Positions 18,354-28,402 of a stretch of DNA of 64,000 nt are shown piece by piece (positions within the stretch are counted from its first letter, which is position 1; the number at the start of each line of letters is the position of its first letter). The position numbers were made by a program, and so were the translations under genes. Source of the DNA: Planctomycetota bacterium (GTDB lineage Bacteria; Planctomycetota; UBA8108; SXIK01); assembly GCA_965223845.1 (NCBI GenBank), contig CBDCXR010000004.1, positions 3,680,001 to 3,744,000 of the forward strand, read 5' to 3'. The notes beneath the pieces are model-generated. The model was not told the DNA's origin and did not search any database. It saw only the letters and a list, made by a program, of their open reading frames with translations.

Positions 18354-19355
18354 ATGTGGGAGCGCACCATCGCCGTCGCAGGGGTCGTTGCCCTCGCGGC
18401 CGGCGCGATTCTTCTTTTTCTTCAGCGGCAAGAGCTCACGCAGCTCGACTCACGGGTCGAAGGCATCGAAAGGGCGTCGCGCGAAGAATGGCCGAAGCTC
18501 GAACCGCGCCTCGCGTCGCTTGCGGAAGAAACGCGCGCGATCCGACTCGCGATCGATGGAATCGCTACGGCAGCGGCGGCCGCGCGTACCGCCGAGACTG
18601 CGCAGCACGCCGCGAACGCAGAGCGGTGGGCAGCGATCGAGCGCGCCCTCGACGCCTCGAGTGACGACGACGCACTCGCGAGCGTGAACGAGCGACTGGC
18701 TGCTCTCGGCGGGAAGGTCGGCGCGGCAGTCGAGTTCGAGCGGAAGATCGCGAGCGAGCTCGAATCGCTCCGGACCGATGCGGCGAACGTTCGAGACGCG
18801 ATCCTCAAGCTCGACGAGCGCCTCGCGGGAGCGCTCACGAAGGCCGAGCTGACTTCGGGGCTCGAGGGAGAGCGGGCAGCCTTATCGGAAGTCTTGGCGA
18901 AGAAGGTGGGAGAGACCCTCGCCGAGAGCGTGCCAAACGAGACGAACTCCGACCTCGCCGCCCTCACGGAGCGAATCGCCCGCGGGGAGAGCGAGCTCGC
19001 GACCCTCAGCGAGCGCATTCGGATCCTCGGCGAGATGCTCTTAGTTTCGCGCGAAGCGCCACAACGGGACCCGGCTCCCGCCCCGCTCCTCCCCGGGTCC
19101 GTGACGGGGACGGTCGCCGCGGTCAGCGCGGACGACGGGACGATCGTCGTCTCCTTGACCAAGGGGGGCGATACCCTTCGCGCGGGGCACCGACTCACGA
19201 TCGAGACGGACGACGGCGGCGCCGCGATCGCGACCGTAGTCCGCGTTTCTCCCGATGGCCGACTGGCGGCGCTCGAGATCGAGGGCGCGACCTTGGAATC
19301 GGCGGACATCTCGCGCGGAAACCGCGCCTCAACGCTGCAAAAAGAGCCGCAGTAG
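18354..19355 (+). CDS. Membrane-anchored coiled-coil protein with C-terminal beta domain
   Basis: N-terminal TM (TIAVAGVVALAAGAILLFL), long heptad-rich helix, beta-strand-rich tail; start uncertain (GTG 18318 possible). Confidence 0.65.
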   Translation: MWERTIAVAGVVALAAGAILLFLQRQELTQLDSRVEGIERASREEWPKLEPRLASLAEETRAIRLAIDGIATAAAAARTAETAQHAANAERWAAIERALDASSDDDALASVNERLAALGGKVGAAVEFERKIASELESLRTDAANVRDAILKLDERLAGALTKAELTSGLEGERAALSEVLAKKVGETLAESVPNETNSDLAALTERIARGESELATLSERIRILGEMLLVSREAPQRDPAPAPLLPGSVTGTVAAVSADDGTIVVSLTKGGDTLRAGHRLTIETDDGGAAIATVVRVSPDGRLAALEIEGATLESADISRGNRASTLQKEPQ

Positions 19356-19401
19356 GCACTTACGCACACCGCCGCGTGCACACAAGTTCAGCAGATTGTA
19401 G

Positions 19402-19431
19402 TTGACGCGCCCGCGAAGTGCGTGTTAAAAA
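19402..19431 (+). promoter_or_regulatory. Putative sigma70 promoter with no downstream ORF
   Basis: TTGACG 19402-19407 and extended -10-like TGtTAAAAA 19423-19431. Confidence 0.4.
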
Positions 19432-19437
19432 AGCTCC

Positions 19438-19520
19438 AGATCCTAAGGGATCGCATCAACAAGCCCACAACTGCCCCGGAGGTCGGCGATGCGCTTGCGC
19501 AAACGCCGGCCTCTTTTTTT
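19438..19520 (+). ncRNA. Candidate orphan small RNA, about 85 nt
   Basis: Promoter-like motif, 5' hairpin GATCC-taag-GGATC, A/C-rich single-stranded linker and strong terminator, between convergent genes. Confidence 0.4.
19479..19520 (+). terminator. Rho-independent terminator
   Basis: GAGGTCGGCG/CGCCGGCCTC stem, inner TGCG-CTTG-CGCA, followed by T7. Confidence 0.85.
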
Positions 19521-19588
19521 GTTTGTCGGATTCTCGTTCCGCTGCGGGCCGCGCCGGCCGTCTCCCCGAGCCGCCGGCACCGTTCCGA

Positions 19589-20341
19589 TCAAGCCTCCAC
19601 GCCACAGCAGCGCTTGAACTTTCGCCCGCTGCCGCAGGGGCACGGCTCGTTCCGTCCGACCTTTGGCACTCGCCCGGGCCGCGTTGCTCGCGGCGGCCGC
19701 GCCGGCTTTCGTCCGATAACGAACGCCGGCACGAGCACGAGAAACGGAACGATCTTGTCGAACGCGACGCTGTAGATCTGCACGGCGTACCCGATCGCGC
19801 GGACCGTGCCCTCGGACGTGAACCCCATCCCCGCCTCGTTATAGAGAGCGGCGACCTGCCCGTAGACCGCGATCGCGAAGAAACCGATGTGAGTGAGCGC
19901 GAGCGCACCGGCTCCCACGAGAACGGCCCACCACGCGCGGCGCCACCCTCGCTTCGGAAGGAGGCTGAGCGCCCAGAAGAAAAGGATCGCGTTCCAGTGA
20001 ACCTCGTGAACCGGGATCCGCTGATAGGGAAAGGGTTCGCCGTTCTGCTGAACGAGACCGGTATCGACGAAGAACGCGCCGTCGCGCTCGCGGACGATCT
20101 CCTCCGGCGGGACAGCCGCCACCCAAGAAAGTACGACCGCCCCGCGGCCGGCGACAAAGGCGCTGTACCCGCCGCGCACTCCGTACCAGAGCGCGATCGC
20201 GAGGAAGAGCGCGATCACGACCCGAACGAGAAACCGAACGTCAGGCGTCGGCAGCCACGCCTTCGGTCGAGACGGCCCCTTCGGGCGGGACGGGGGCGGA
20301 TCGGGCCGCCCAGAGGTACCAGAAGACTGCGGTGACGACAA
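19589..20341 (-). CDS. Exosortase-associated multi-pass membrane protein with C-terminal SEC-C motif
   Basis: About 4-5 TM helices; terminal [20 protein letters not shown]; start uncertain, overlaps the exosortase 3' end. Confidence 0.75.
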   Translation of the reverse strand: MSSPQSSGTSGRPDPPPSRPKGPSRPKAWLPTPDVRFLVRVVIALFLAIALWYGVRGGYSAFVAGRGAVVLSWVAAVPPEEIVRERDGAFFVDTGLVQQNGEPFPYQRIPVHEVHWNAILFFWALSLLPKRGWRRAWWAVLVGAGALALTHIGFFAIAVYGQVAALYNEAGMGFTSEGTVRAIGYAVQIYSVAFDKIVPFLVLVPAFVIGRKPARPPRATRPGRVPKVGRNEPCPCGSGRKFKRCCGVEA

Positions 20342-20798
20342 TGGTCACTCCCTGCCACACGTAGTGGTGCGCTTCGTCGAAGAGCGATGGATAGGCGTCT
20401 CCGACCAGCATCAGCGTCACCATCCGCACTTGATTGAGAACGAAGAGGAGAGCGGCTCCGCACCCGAGGCCGACGACCTTAGCGCGCACCGAGGCCGGAA
20501 AAGCGAGGACGGCCGCGAGCAGGATCAAGAAGACGTAGAGGCCCGTGCAGCCGATGACGACCTCCGCGGTAAACATACCGACGGTGAGGAACGCACCGTT
20601 TCGAGTGACGGCGATGCCGATGAGGTCGAGAATTCCGTGCGTCGTCGCCGCGGCCAGATCGATCATCGGCTGCTCGCAAACGGCGCGGAATCCCGGGAGG
20701 ACGGAGATCCCCATGATCAGCCCGAGCAAGACCAGGACCCGAATCGAGAATCCGGTGCTGGTATCGGCCCAGGCTAGACCCCAGAGTTTCTTGAGCAT
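20241..20798 (-). CDS. Exosortase/archaeosortase family protein (XrtH-like)
   Basis: Multi-TM with Cys-Arg-His triad motifs [22 protein letters not shown]. Confidence 0.85.
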   Translation of the reverse strand: MLKKLWGLAWADTSTGFSIRVLVLLGLIMGISVLPGFRAVCEQPMIDLAAATTHGILDLIGIAVTRNGAFLTVGMFTAEVVIGCTGLYVFLILLAAVLAFPASVRAKVVGLGCGAALLFVLNQVRMVTLMLVGDAYPSLFDEAHHYVWQGVTIVVTAVFWYLWAARSAPVPPEGAVSTEGVAADA

Positions 20799-21058
20799 GG
20801 GATGCCCGGTCTCGCGGAGAACACGCTGGTGACGAGGTATCGGTCGCGCGCCGTCTACGCCCCGCGCGCGACGGCCGAACAAGACCGATGAGACCGGTTG
20901 ACTCCCCGGAGTGTCAAGGTAGGCGGCCAAAGGGGAGTTTTTTTCGCAAGATTGCGGGCCAACCCTCGACGTATGTTCGAGGGGCCGGAACTCGTACTGC
21001 GCGAACCGAAACCGAACGGCGGCCCTAGAATCTAGTCCGGGAGCGGAGGAACTCTATC

Positions 21059-21949
21059 ATGTCCCAGCGTACGGTCGCGGCGACGGTCGCCGGAGTCTTC
21101 GTAGTGACGGCCGTCGTGTTTCTCGTCGTCGGCGATCGTCTCGGCAGTCAACGTTCCGGCGAAACCTACCGGGGTGAGGTCGGTCGCATCGAAGAACGGC
21201 TCGCGGAATCCGAGAAGAGCGTGATGCAGCTGAGCCGCGCGATCGAGGATCGCGACGCGCGCTTCGTGGCGGAGCTCGAGCGCATCAGCGCGCAAATGAA
21301 AGAACTCGCCAACGCGAGGCCGACGCCGCGTGACGAAGAGATCGCCGCTTCCGCCGCGAGTTCGAGTGCCGAAACCGAACTGTCAGGCGACGAGTTCGAC
21401 CTCGCGTCCGCGCTCGACGAAATCCTCGCCGCCGAGAACGACCAGGCGGCGCAGGCGCAGTGGGAACGGATCAAGAAGGCCGGCTTGCTCGATCGAGCGA
21501 TCGCGGAGCTCGAAGCGCTCGCGGACGAGAATCCGGACGACCCGGAGAACCATCTCGACGTCGGAAAAGCCTGCCTCCAAAAACTCTTTACCGTGAGCGA
21601 CCTCGAGAAGGGAAAGTGGGCGATGAAGGCCGACGGGGCGTTCAACCGCGCGCTCGAGCTCGACGAAAACCACTGGGAGTCGCGCTTTCAGAAGGCGGTC
21701 GCACTGTCCTTCTGGCCCCCGGTCTTCGGCAAGCAGGCCGAGGCGATCGAGAACTTCGAGACGCTCGCTACGCAGCAAGAGGCGGACGAGCCTCGCCCCG
21801 AGTACGAGCAGACCTACGTCTTCCTCGGCAATCTTTATCAGCAGCAGGGGAACGAGGAGAAAGCGAAGGCGACGTGGTCCCGCGGCCTCGAGAGATTCCC
21901 CGAGAGTCGAGAGCTCGCGCAGCGGACTCAGGCTACGTCCGAACCGTGA
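21059..21949 (+). CDS. Membrane-anchored coiled-coil and TPR protein
   Basis: N-terminal TM, heptad region, TPR motifs (FNRALELDENHWE, YVFLGNLYQQQG...WSRGLERFP); GGAGGA RBS. Confidence 0.75.
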   Translation: MSQRTVAATVAGVFVVTAVVFLVVGDRLGSQRSGETYRGEVGRIEERLAESEKSVMQLSRAIEDRDARFVAELERISAQMKELANARPTPRDEEIAASAASSSAETELSGDEFDLASALDEILAAENDQAAQAQWERIKKAGLLDRAIAELEALADENPDDPENHLDVGKACLQKLFTVSDLEKGKWAMKADGAFNRALELDENHWESRFQKAVALSFWPPVFGKQAEAIENFETLATQQEADEPRPEYEQTYVFLGNLYQQQGNEEKAKATWSRGLERFPESRELAQRTQATSEP

Positions 21950-21974
21950 TTGCGCGCGAAGTCGATCGCCTCGC

Positions 21975-23615
21975 TCACGGCGTCGTTTTGGGGAGCAAGT
22001 TGATCATGCGCATCTCGCCGCCGTTTTGCTGTGCGAGCGAGAAGATGAATCGCCGGTCCATCCCCCAAAACCCAAGGGTGTGGATCCGCACGCGGTGACG
22101 CGCGTTCAGCCCGCGGATGAAGCTGAGGAGATCGAGCTGACGGGCCCCCGAAAGAACATCGCCCTTGTGGTTCGTGGGCGAGCCGTCCGTGATGAAATAG
22201 ATCTCGGTGAACGCAGGCGGCTTCGGCTTTCGCACCCGCCGGACTTTCTTCGGGTCGGGCGATTCTTCCGCCTGGAATGCCGTTCGAAACGCCAGGTCTA
22301 CTCGTGTTTGCCCGTGCGCTTCGAGGGACTCGATCCACCTCTTCGTCTCGGGAGAGATTTCCCCGCGCGGCCGAGTCTTCGCCTTGAGCTTGTGACTCTT
22401 CGTGAGACTCGCCTCGATCGCCGCGCCGCGGCTGAACGGCAGGATGTTGTAGTGAACGCCCGGTTTCAGCATCGAGATGAAGCGAACGGCTTCCTTCTTG
22501 AGTGCGGCCATCCGATCGATCTGATGCGTGTTCTGCTTCATGCTCCCCGAGATGTCGACGATGATCAGAAAGCGAGATGACTTCATCTCGATGCCGAACA
22601 GGTCCGCCTGCTTGCGCACGACCCGTGTACCACGCTCCGCGAGTCCCGGGCCTCCCTTCACCTTGCGGAAGTCGAACTGCTGCTGCGTTCGATCCTCGCT
22701 GAAATAGAGCGCCCAGAACTTCAGCCAGTCTTCGAACCAGACGTGCTGTACCTCGCCCGTCCACTTCTGCAGGATCGATGTGATGTGAAACCACAGACGA
22801 AGCTGTGACGGACTGGCGTCGTGGTCGGCCGGGACGACCGACCCCTTCGCCTCGCCTTTCACGCGCACCTCGAGTCGCGCGAGGAAATGGACGAGCTCGG
22901 TGACAAACGGTGCGAGCACGACGTAGGGATCGGCTTCGAACGCGATGTCGTAGACCGCATCGACGGCATCGAGAACACCGTAGATCGTCGCTTCTTCCGC
23001 CGGGCGACCGAAGAGTCGAACGGCTTTCTTGATGTCGACGGGATCGGCAGCCATCGGCTTCACCCACGACACCTCGCGCTGGAGGATCGCGAGGACGAGT
23101 TCGACCACGTCGGCCTTGTTGTCGGTCGAGCGGACGAGCTTGGCGAGATAGGTGCCGACGACCATCCGCTGAATCGTCGCCGGGTTCCGCGAGGACAAGC
23201 GCCGCGGCCAGAGGCTCTTCACGTAGCGAAAGAAGTCTTTGTGCTCAGCGGGCGGAAGCTGTCCGATCGCCTCCCCGAATCTCCGTTCGAGTACGCCGTA
23301 GAGTACGTGATGGATCTCCGGCTCGTACTGATCGAGGAGCGGAAGGAGAGTAGCGAGTCTCCGAGAGAGGCGCGGTCGACGCGGAGCGGGATCGAGAGCT
23401 CGGTCGATCATCTTGCCCAGACGATCGATCGCCGCCTGGCGCTCGGGCGCCTCTGGGGGAAGGGTCGCGACGATCGTACGGATCCCGTCGATCGCGCTCA
23501 GGATCTCTTTGTGGAGAGCGCTCCAACTGCTCGCGGCGGCGGGGGTGCTGAACGAACTCGCGACAACGAGCGCGACGAGGGGCATCGCGCGTGAGGCGGG
23601 GCGGGGGAAGAGCAT
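21975..23615 (-). CDS. Secreted protein with C-terminal VWA domain
   Basis: Signal peptide (AAA-SS); MIDAS DISGSM, T and FITDG. Confidence 0.75.
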   Translation of the reverse strand: MLFPRPASRAMPLVALVVASSFSTPAAASSWSALHKEILSAIDGIRTIVATLPPEAPERQAAIDRLGKMIDRALDPAPRRPRLSRRLATLLPLLDQYEPEIHHVLYGVLERRFGEAIGQLPPAEHKDFFRYVKSLWPRRLSSRNPATIQRMVVGTYLAKLVRSTDNKADVVELVLAILQREVSWVKPMAADPVDIKKAVRLFGRPAEEATIYGVLDAVDAVYDIAFEADPYVVLAPFVTELVHFLARLEVRVKGEAKGSVVPADHDASPSQLRLWFHITSILQKWTGEVQHVWFEDWLKFWALYFSEDRTQQQFDFRKVKGGPGLAERGTRVVRKQADLFGIEMKSSRFLIIVDISGSMKQNTHQIDRMAALKKEAVRFISMLKPGVHYNILPFSRGAAIEASLTKSHKLKAKTRPRGEISPETKRWIESLEAHGQTRVDLAFRTAFQAEESPDPKKVRRVRKPKPPAFTEIYFITDGSPTNHKGDVLSGARQLDLLSFIRGLNARHRVRIHTLGFWGMDRRFIFSLAQQNGGEMRMINLLPKTTP

Positions 23616-23740
23616 GCGAAAGAGCTCCGGGGAGGAGGGTACTACGAAATCCCCAGTAGCCTAACGCGGCGGCCGAGCCGGCGCATGCTCCGAGTCGAGA
23701 GTACGTTCGGCGCGAATCGAGAACGGGCGAACGAGAATCT

Positions 23741-24028
23741 CTACCGATCGCCGTCGACGATCGCGCCGGGACCCTTCCCCGCCGTCTTCTCGTAGTATCC
23801 GTCGCCGCGCTTCACGTACTGCGTGAACCCCTTCCGATCGAGGTTCTGTGGACTGAGCGTCGTCTTCGGTGAGCCGCCGTACTGAAAGGACGACAGAATC
23901 TGACGACACGGATTCCCGCATTCGGGGCAGCTCTCGAGTGGCGCGTCGCCGACCTTCTGCAGCATCTCGAATCCCCCGAGGCAAAAGGGGCAAGTGTCGG
24001 CTTCGGGTTCGTATTCGTAGATGGGCAT
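23741..24028 (-). CDS. FmdB family zinc-ribbon protein
   Basis: MPIYEY, CPFC, CPECG. Confidence 0.85.
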   Translation of the reverse strand: MPIYEYEPEADTCPFCLGGFEMLQKVGDAPLESCPECGNPCRQILSSFQYGGSPKTTLSPQNLDRKGFTQYVKRGDGYYEKTAGKGPGAIVDGDR

Positions 24029-24398
24029 GTTCTCGTGCGTCGGTTTCCGCCGGTGCCGTTTCCTACGCGCACGTCGCGCGCTCCCGCGCCCCGTACGGCT
24101 CCCGCGCTTCGCGGGCCCGAAGCGGCGCCGGATACTCGCAAGCTCGCCTGGGCAGGATGAAGAGGAGCGATGAGACTCTGTCGGGAGCGGGAAACGAGTG
24201 TTCTCGACGACTCCTTACTCGGACGGCCGCCGGTCTCCCCTGAACCCGGGCGGGACTGATGGGAGTATGGGAACCAAATCGGCCTCGGTCAACTCGCGCA
24301 CACCTTCGCACCCCGATCTCCCGTCGCGCGCGGACACCCGCGACGGCCCGTCGAGCGCTCCACGCGGTCGATTCCGACCGCAGCCGAGGCAGGCCCGG

Positions 24399-24407
24399 TG
24401 CTACAAT
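24399..24407 (+). promoter_or_regulatory. Extended -10 promoter element
   Basis: TGcTACAAT about 140 bp upstream of the LTD/CotH gene. Confidence 0.45.
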
Positions 24408-24543
24408 GGACGTTTACTTTTTGGGTACCGGATAGGGTTGTCGGCGAGCGGGGATGGTCGCCCTCGGACGCGGCGAATCGCCGCCGTTCCAAATCCTTTC
24501 GCACGAGGGCTCGCGAACACGCGACACCGGGAGACACAGACGG

Positions 24544-27500
24544 ATGAAGAGTGCTTGGACGAGCGCCGCGATTCTCCTTGGATTCGCAGCCCCTTCGATC
24601 GCGATGGCGCAGGTACGAATCGCGGAGATCATGTACAACCCCGCGCAAGGCGAGGTGCTCGAGTACATCGAGATCGAGAACGCCGGTGAGACGCCGGCGG
24701 CGATCGGTGGCTGGGCGTTCACGAACGGCGTCGCGTTTACGTTTCCCGAAGGACTCACTCTCGACGCAGGTGCGATCGTCGTCGTGCCCGCGTCGCGGGA
24801 CGATTTCATTGCGGCGTATCCGGACGTTCCGGGCGAGATCGTTCTCGAAGGCTACGAGGGACGCCTCGCAAACGGCGGCGAACGAGTCACCCTCTCGAAC
24901 GCCGAGGGAACGATCGAAGACACGCTTCGCTACGACGACAACCCACCCTGGGACTTCCTCGCGGACGGATTCGGTGCGTCGCTCGAGCGACTGTGCTTCG
25001 ACAGCGCCGCGGACGCGCCCGAAAACTGGCGCGCAACCGAGGTCCCCGCCGACCCCGAGGTCACTTTCGGCGGAACCCCTGGTCGATCTCGCGCCGAGGA
25101 AATCTGCCCTCCCGTGTTCGCAGCGAAGCCGCGCGTGTTCTTCTCGGAAATCCACTATCACGCAGTGCTCGAGGAATCGCTCGAAGACGCCCACGAGTTC
25201 CTCGAGGTCCACAACGCCGGCGACGTGCCGGTCGACCTTGCCGGCTGGCGCATCGCGGCCGGAGTCGAGTTTTCGTTTCCGGACGGCGCGACACTCGCCG
25301 CCGGCGCGTACGCTGTGATTGCGAAAGACCCCGAAAAGCTCGCGGCCGTCGAAGGCTTCGAGCACCTCGCCGACGCGCCGCTCTTCGGCCCGTACGAGCG
25401 CACGCTCGACAACGGCGGCGAAAAGATCGCGCTCGTCAGCGCAGCGGGTCAGGGCATCGATTCCGTCAACTACGACGACGAAGCGCCGTGGCCCGTCGGG
25501 GCCGACGCACTCGGTGCGGGGGCGTCGTGGCTCCGCGAAGAGCTTCTCCCGCTCGAGTCGCATCGTCACAAAGGTCACTCTCTCGAGCGTGTGAGCTTCG
25601 ACGTCCCGTCGGGAGTCGTCGCGAACTGGGCGCCGTCGCCGCTCGATGGCATGACGCCCGGCCGCGCGAACGCGTCCGCGCGCACCGAGCTTCTGCCGAT
25701 CGTCGACGATATCGATCTCGTCGTCGTCGGCTCGGAGGATCGTTTTATCCGCGCAAACGAAGTGGTACGCGTCGAGGTCGAATTCGCCCCGAGAGCCCCG
25801 AGCGCAGCGGTGCTCGACTACTTCGTCGAAGACGTCGCGGCGGACGACGAGAGGGTGAACGAAGTTCCGCTCGTCGTCGACGGCGAGCGGTGGGTCGCGG
25901 AGATTCCGGGCCATCTCGACAACACGATCATCCGCTACCGCGTGCGCGCCGATACCGGCGGCGGCCTCGAGCTCGTCTCGCCGCGTCCGACGGATCCGAA
26001 CGGGTGGTACGCATACTTCGTCATGCCGGTGATCGAGACCGAAACGCGTACGTATCACGTGTTCATCTCGCCCGCGAACTGGACGCAGCTCAATCGCAAC
26101 ATCTCACCGCACTCGCGCGTCTCGGGGTGCGCGCTCAATCCTCGGTGGAACGCGCGCGAGCGTGCGATCGTCGTTCAGGGGCGACAGGTGTCCGACGCGC
26201 TCGTTCGCTACCAGGGGAGCCGCTGGAACCGAGGGAACGGACCGCAAATCTCCTGGCGACACCCCGGTCCGTCCGGCGGAGTGCGAGCTCTCAGTTGGCG
26301 CGTCCAGGTCCCGCGGTACGCGGAGATCGACGGTCGCGGGGTGATGGTCTTCAACAAACTCACGCAAGGATGCCCCGGGCACAACGCGGGCGTCGGATAC
26401 CGCCTCTTTGCGGCCGCCGATATTCCTTCGCCGCGAACGCGCTACGCGAGGCTCCACATCAACGGCGGGTACTACCATTACGCGATGGAGTACGAGCGCC
26501 CCGGCGAAGAAATGATACGCCGGCACAACCGCGAGATGGCCGAGAAGTATCCCGACCGCCCCGACGAGGACGTCGGGCACCTCTTCAAGTCGGTCGGCTG
26601 CACCTGTGACGAAGGACCGTACGGCTGGGGCGACTGGCGCAGACTGGGCGTGTTCTGCCAGCATCCGCGCGAGGTCCGCTACGCTGCGACCTACGATCGA
26701 AAGACGCACGGCTGGGCGGACAACGCCGAGCTCATCGAGCTCATCGAAGGCATGCACCGAGCTCGCGCCGAGGGAATCGATGCGATGCGCGACTTCATCC
26801 TCGCGAACTTCGACTTCGAGCTCCTCATGGACTACATCGCGATCATCAACTACTCGGTGCCCTTCGACGACATGTTTCAGAATCACTTCATCTACCAGCG
26901 CACGAGCGACGGAAAGTGGCTGTTGATGCCCTGGGACCTCGATCGCAACTTCGGTGAGTGGCAGGGCGCGAACTCGTCGTTTCTCATGGGAAGGCAGGGC
27001 GATCCATCCAACCGCTCAGGCTGGTGGCACCGTCTGAAGGACACCTTCCTCCGCGCGTTCGAGGACGAGTACCACGAGCGGCTTCTCTTCCTGAACAATA
27101 CGATCCTCCACCCCGACCGCATCGCCGAGCTCGTCGCACAGGTCACCGCGGAGGCGAGTCAGGAAGAGGCCAATCAATCACCGGCTCGCCTTCAGTGCGG
27201 GACCTTCGCGAGTCGAGCGGCGACATTCAACTCGTTTGCGATCACGCGCCACAACTTGATCAATTCGCGCCTCGCCGGAGTCGACGTCGAGGCGGGACGC
27301 GACCAAACCGTGTTCGTCGGCGAGACGGTGCAGTTCGATGCGTCGGAGTCGGAGCCGGCGCCGGGACCCGAAATCGATTACACCTGGTCGAATGGCATGG
27401 TCGGCGCGACGCCGACTTTCGTCTTCGAGGAGGCGGGAACGTACGAGATCGAGCTCACGATCACGAAGGGGAACATTCCGTTCACAGACTCCGTGACGAT

Positions 27501-28335
27501 CGAGGTCCTCGCCGTTCCGCCGACGGCGTTCGCGGAACGCGACGCATCGGTCGTCATCGAAGGCGAGAGCTACTTCCAGATTCTCCGTCGCGATCGCGAG
27601 GACACGTGGTGGGTCGACTCGACGGAGGTCGAAGGGTTCTCCGGGAACGGCTACGTTCACGCGTTCGAGGAGCGCCGGAGAACATTTTCCTCCGGGTACT
27701 CGACGACCGCACCCGAGCTTCGCTACGCGATCGAGTTCACGACTGCGGGAACGTATTTCGTCTGGGTCCGCGGATTCGTGCCGAGCACGCGCACCGATAC
27801 GGTCAACCTGAACCTCGGCGGAGTCGAGCGCAGCTCGCGCGCGGCCACCGACTTCGAGGTCGACGAGGAAAACTACATCTGGTCGGGGATCGATCGTGAC
27901 GAGAATCCGCAGACCGTAGTCGTCGCGGAACCCGGTCTCGAGATGCTGTCCATATGGATACGAGAGAGCGGGTTCAGTCTCGACAAGGTCGTCCTCACGC
28001 AGGACGAGACCTTCGTGCCGGAAGGATTAGGCCCCGACGAATCGCAGCAGGTGCCGACGGGAGGAGAAGCAGCTACGTTCGTTCGCGGTGACGTGAATGC
28101 GGACGAGAGGATCAACGTCACCGACGCGATCGCGATTCTGCTCCACCTCTTCGCCGGCAAAGGGAGCGTCGCCTGCGCCGATCACGGCGACATCGACGAC
28201 GATGGCTCGCTCGCGATCAACGACGCGATTCGGCTGCTCACCTACCTCTTTCAGCGCGGAGCGCCACCCGCCGCGCCGTTCCCGAACCCGGGTCTCGATC
28301 CGACGGCCGACGCGAACGATTGCGGCGATCGTTAG
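24544..28335 (+). CDS. Secreted protein: two lamin-tail domains, CotH kinase-like domain, PKD, carbohydrate-binding-like domain, dockerin-like tail
   Basis: Signal AMA-QV; IAEIMYNP and FSEIHYH LTD starts; DDMFQNHF and PWDLD CotH motifs; AGRDQTV PKD; FVRGDVNADERINVTDAI dockerin. Confidence 0.85.
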   Translation: MKSAWTSAAILLGFAAPSIAMAQVRIAEIMYNPAQGEVLEYIEIENAGETPAAIGGWAFTNGVAFTFPEGLTLDAGAIVVVPASRDDFIAAYPDVPGEIVLEGYEGRLANGGERVTLSNAEGTIEDTLRYDDNPPWDFLADGFGASLERLCFDSAADAPENWRATEVPADPEVTFGGTPGRSRAEEICPPVFAAKPRVFFSEIHYHAVLEESLEDAHEFLEVHNAGDVPVDLAGWRIAAGVEFSFPDGATLAAGAYAVIAKDPEKLAAVEGFEHLADAPLFGPYERTLDNGGEKIALVSAAGQGIDSVNYDDEAPWPVGADALGAGASWLREELLPLESHRHKGHSLERVSFDVPSGVVANWAPSPLDGMTPGRANASARTELLPIVDDIDLVVVGSEDRFIRANEVVRVEVEFAPRAPSAAVLDYFVEDVAADDERVNEVPLVVDGERWVAEIPGHLDNTIIRYRVRADTGGGLELVSPRPTDPNGWYAYFVMPVIETETRTYHVFISPANWTQLNRNISPHSRVSGCALNPRWNARERAIVVQGRQVSDALVRYQGSRWNRGNGPQISWRHPGPSGGVRALSWRVQVPRYAEIDGRGVMVFNKLTQGCPGHNAGVGYRLFAAADIPSPRTRYARLHINGGYYHYAMEYERPGEEMIRRHNREMAEKYPDRPDEDVGHLFKSVGCTCDEGPYGWGDWRRLGVFCQHPREVRYAATYDRKTHGWADNAELIELIEGMHRARAEGIDAMRDFILANFDFELLMDYIAIINYSVPFDDMFQNHFIYQRTSDGKWLLMPWDLDRNFGEWQGANSSFLMGRQGDPSNRSGWWHRLKDTFLRAFEDEYHERLLFLNNTILHPDRIAELVAQVTAEASQEEANQSPARLQCGTFASRAATFNSFAITRHNLINSRLAGVDVEAGRDQTVFVGETVQFDASESEPAPGPEIDYTWSNGMVGATPTFVFEEAGTYEIELTITKGNIPFTDSVTIEVLAVPPTAFAERDASVVIEGESYFQILRRDREDTWWVDSTEVEGFSGNGYVHAFEERRRTFSSGYSTTAPELRYAIEFTTAGTYFVWVRGFVPSTRTDTVNLNLGGVERSSRAATDFEVDEENYIWSGIDRDENPQTVVVAEPGLEMLSIWIRESGFSLDKVVLTQDETFVPEGLGPDESQQVPTGGEAATFVRGDVNADERINVTDAIAILLHLFAGKGSVACADHGDIDDDGSLAINDAIRLLTYLFQRGAPPAAPFPNPGLDPTADANDCGDR

Positions 28336-28402
28336 GCAGGCGCGGGGCCGCGACATGGATCGATGGCGCTGAATTCGGTACTTTGAGTGCGGAGGAAGCG
28401 AC

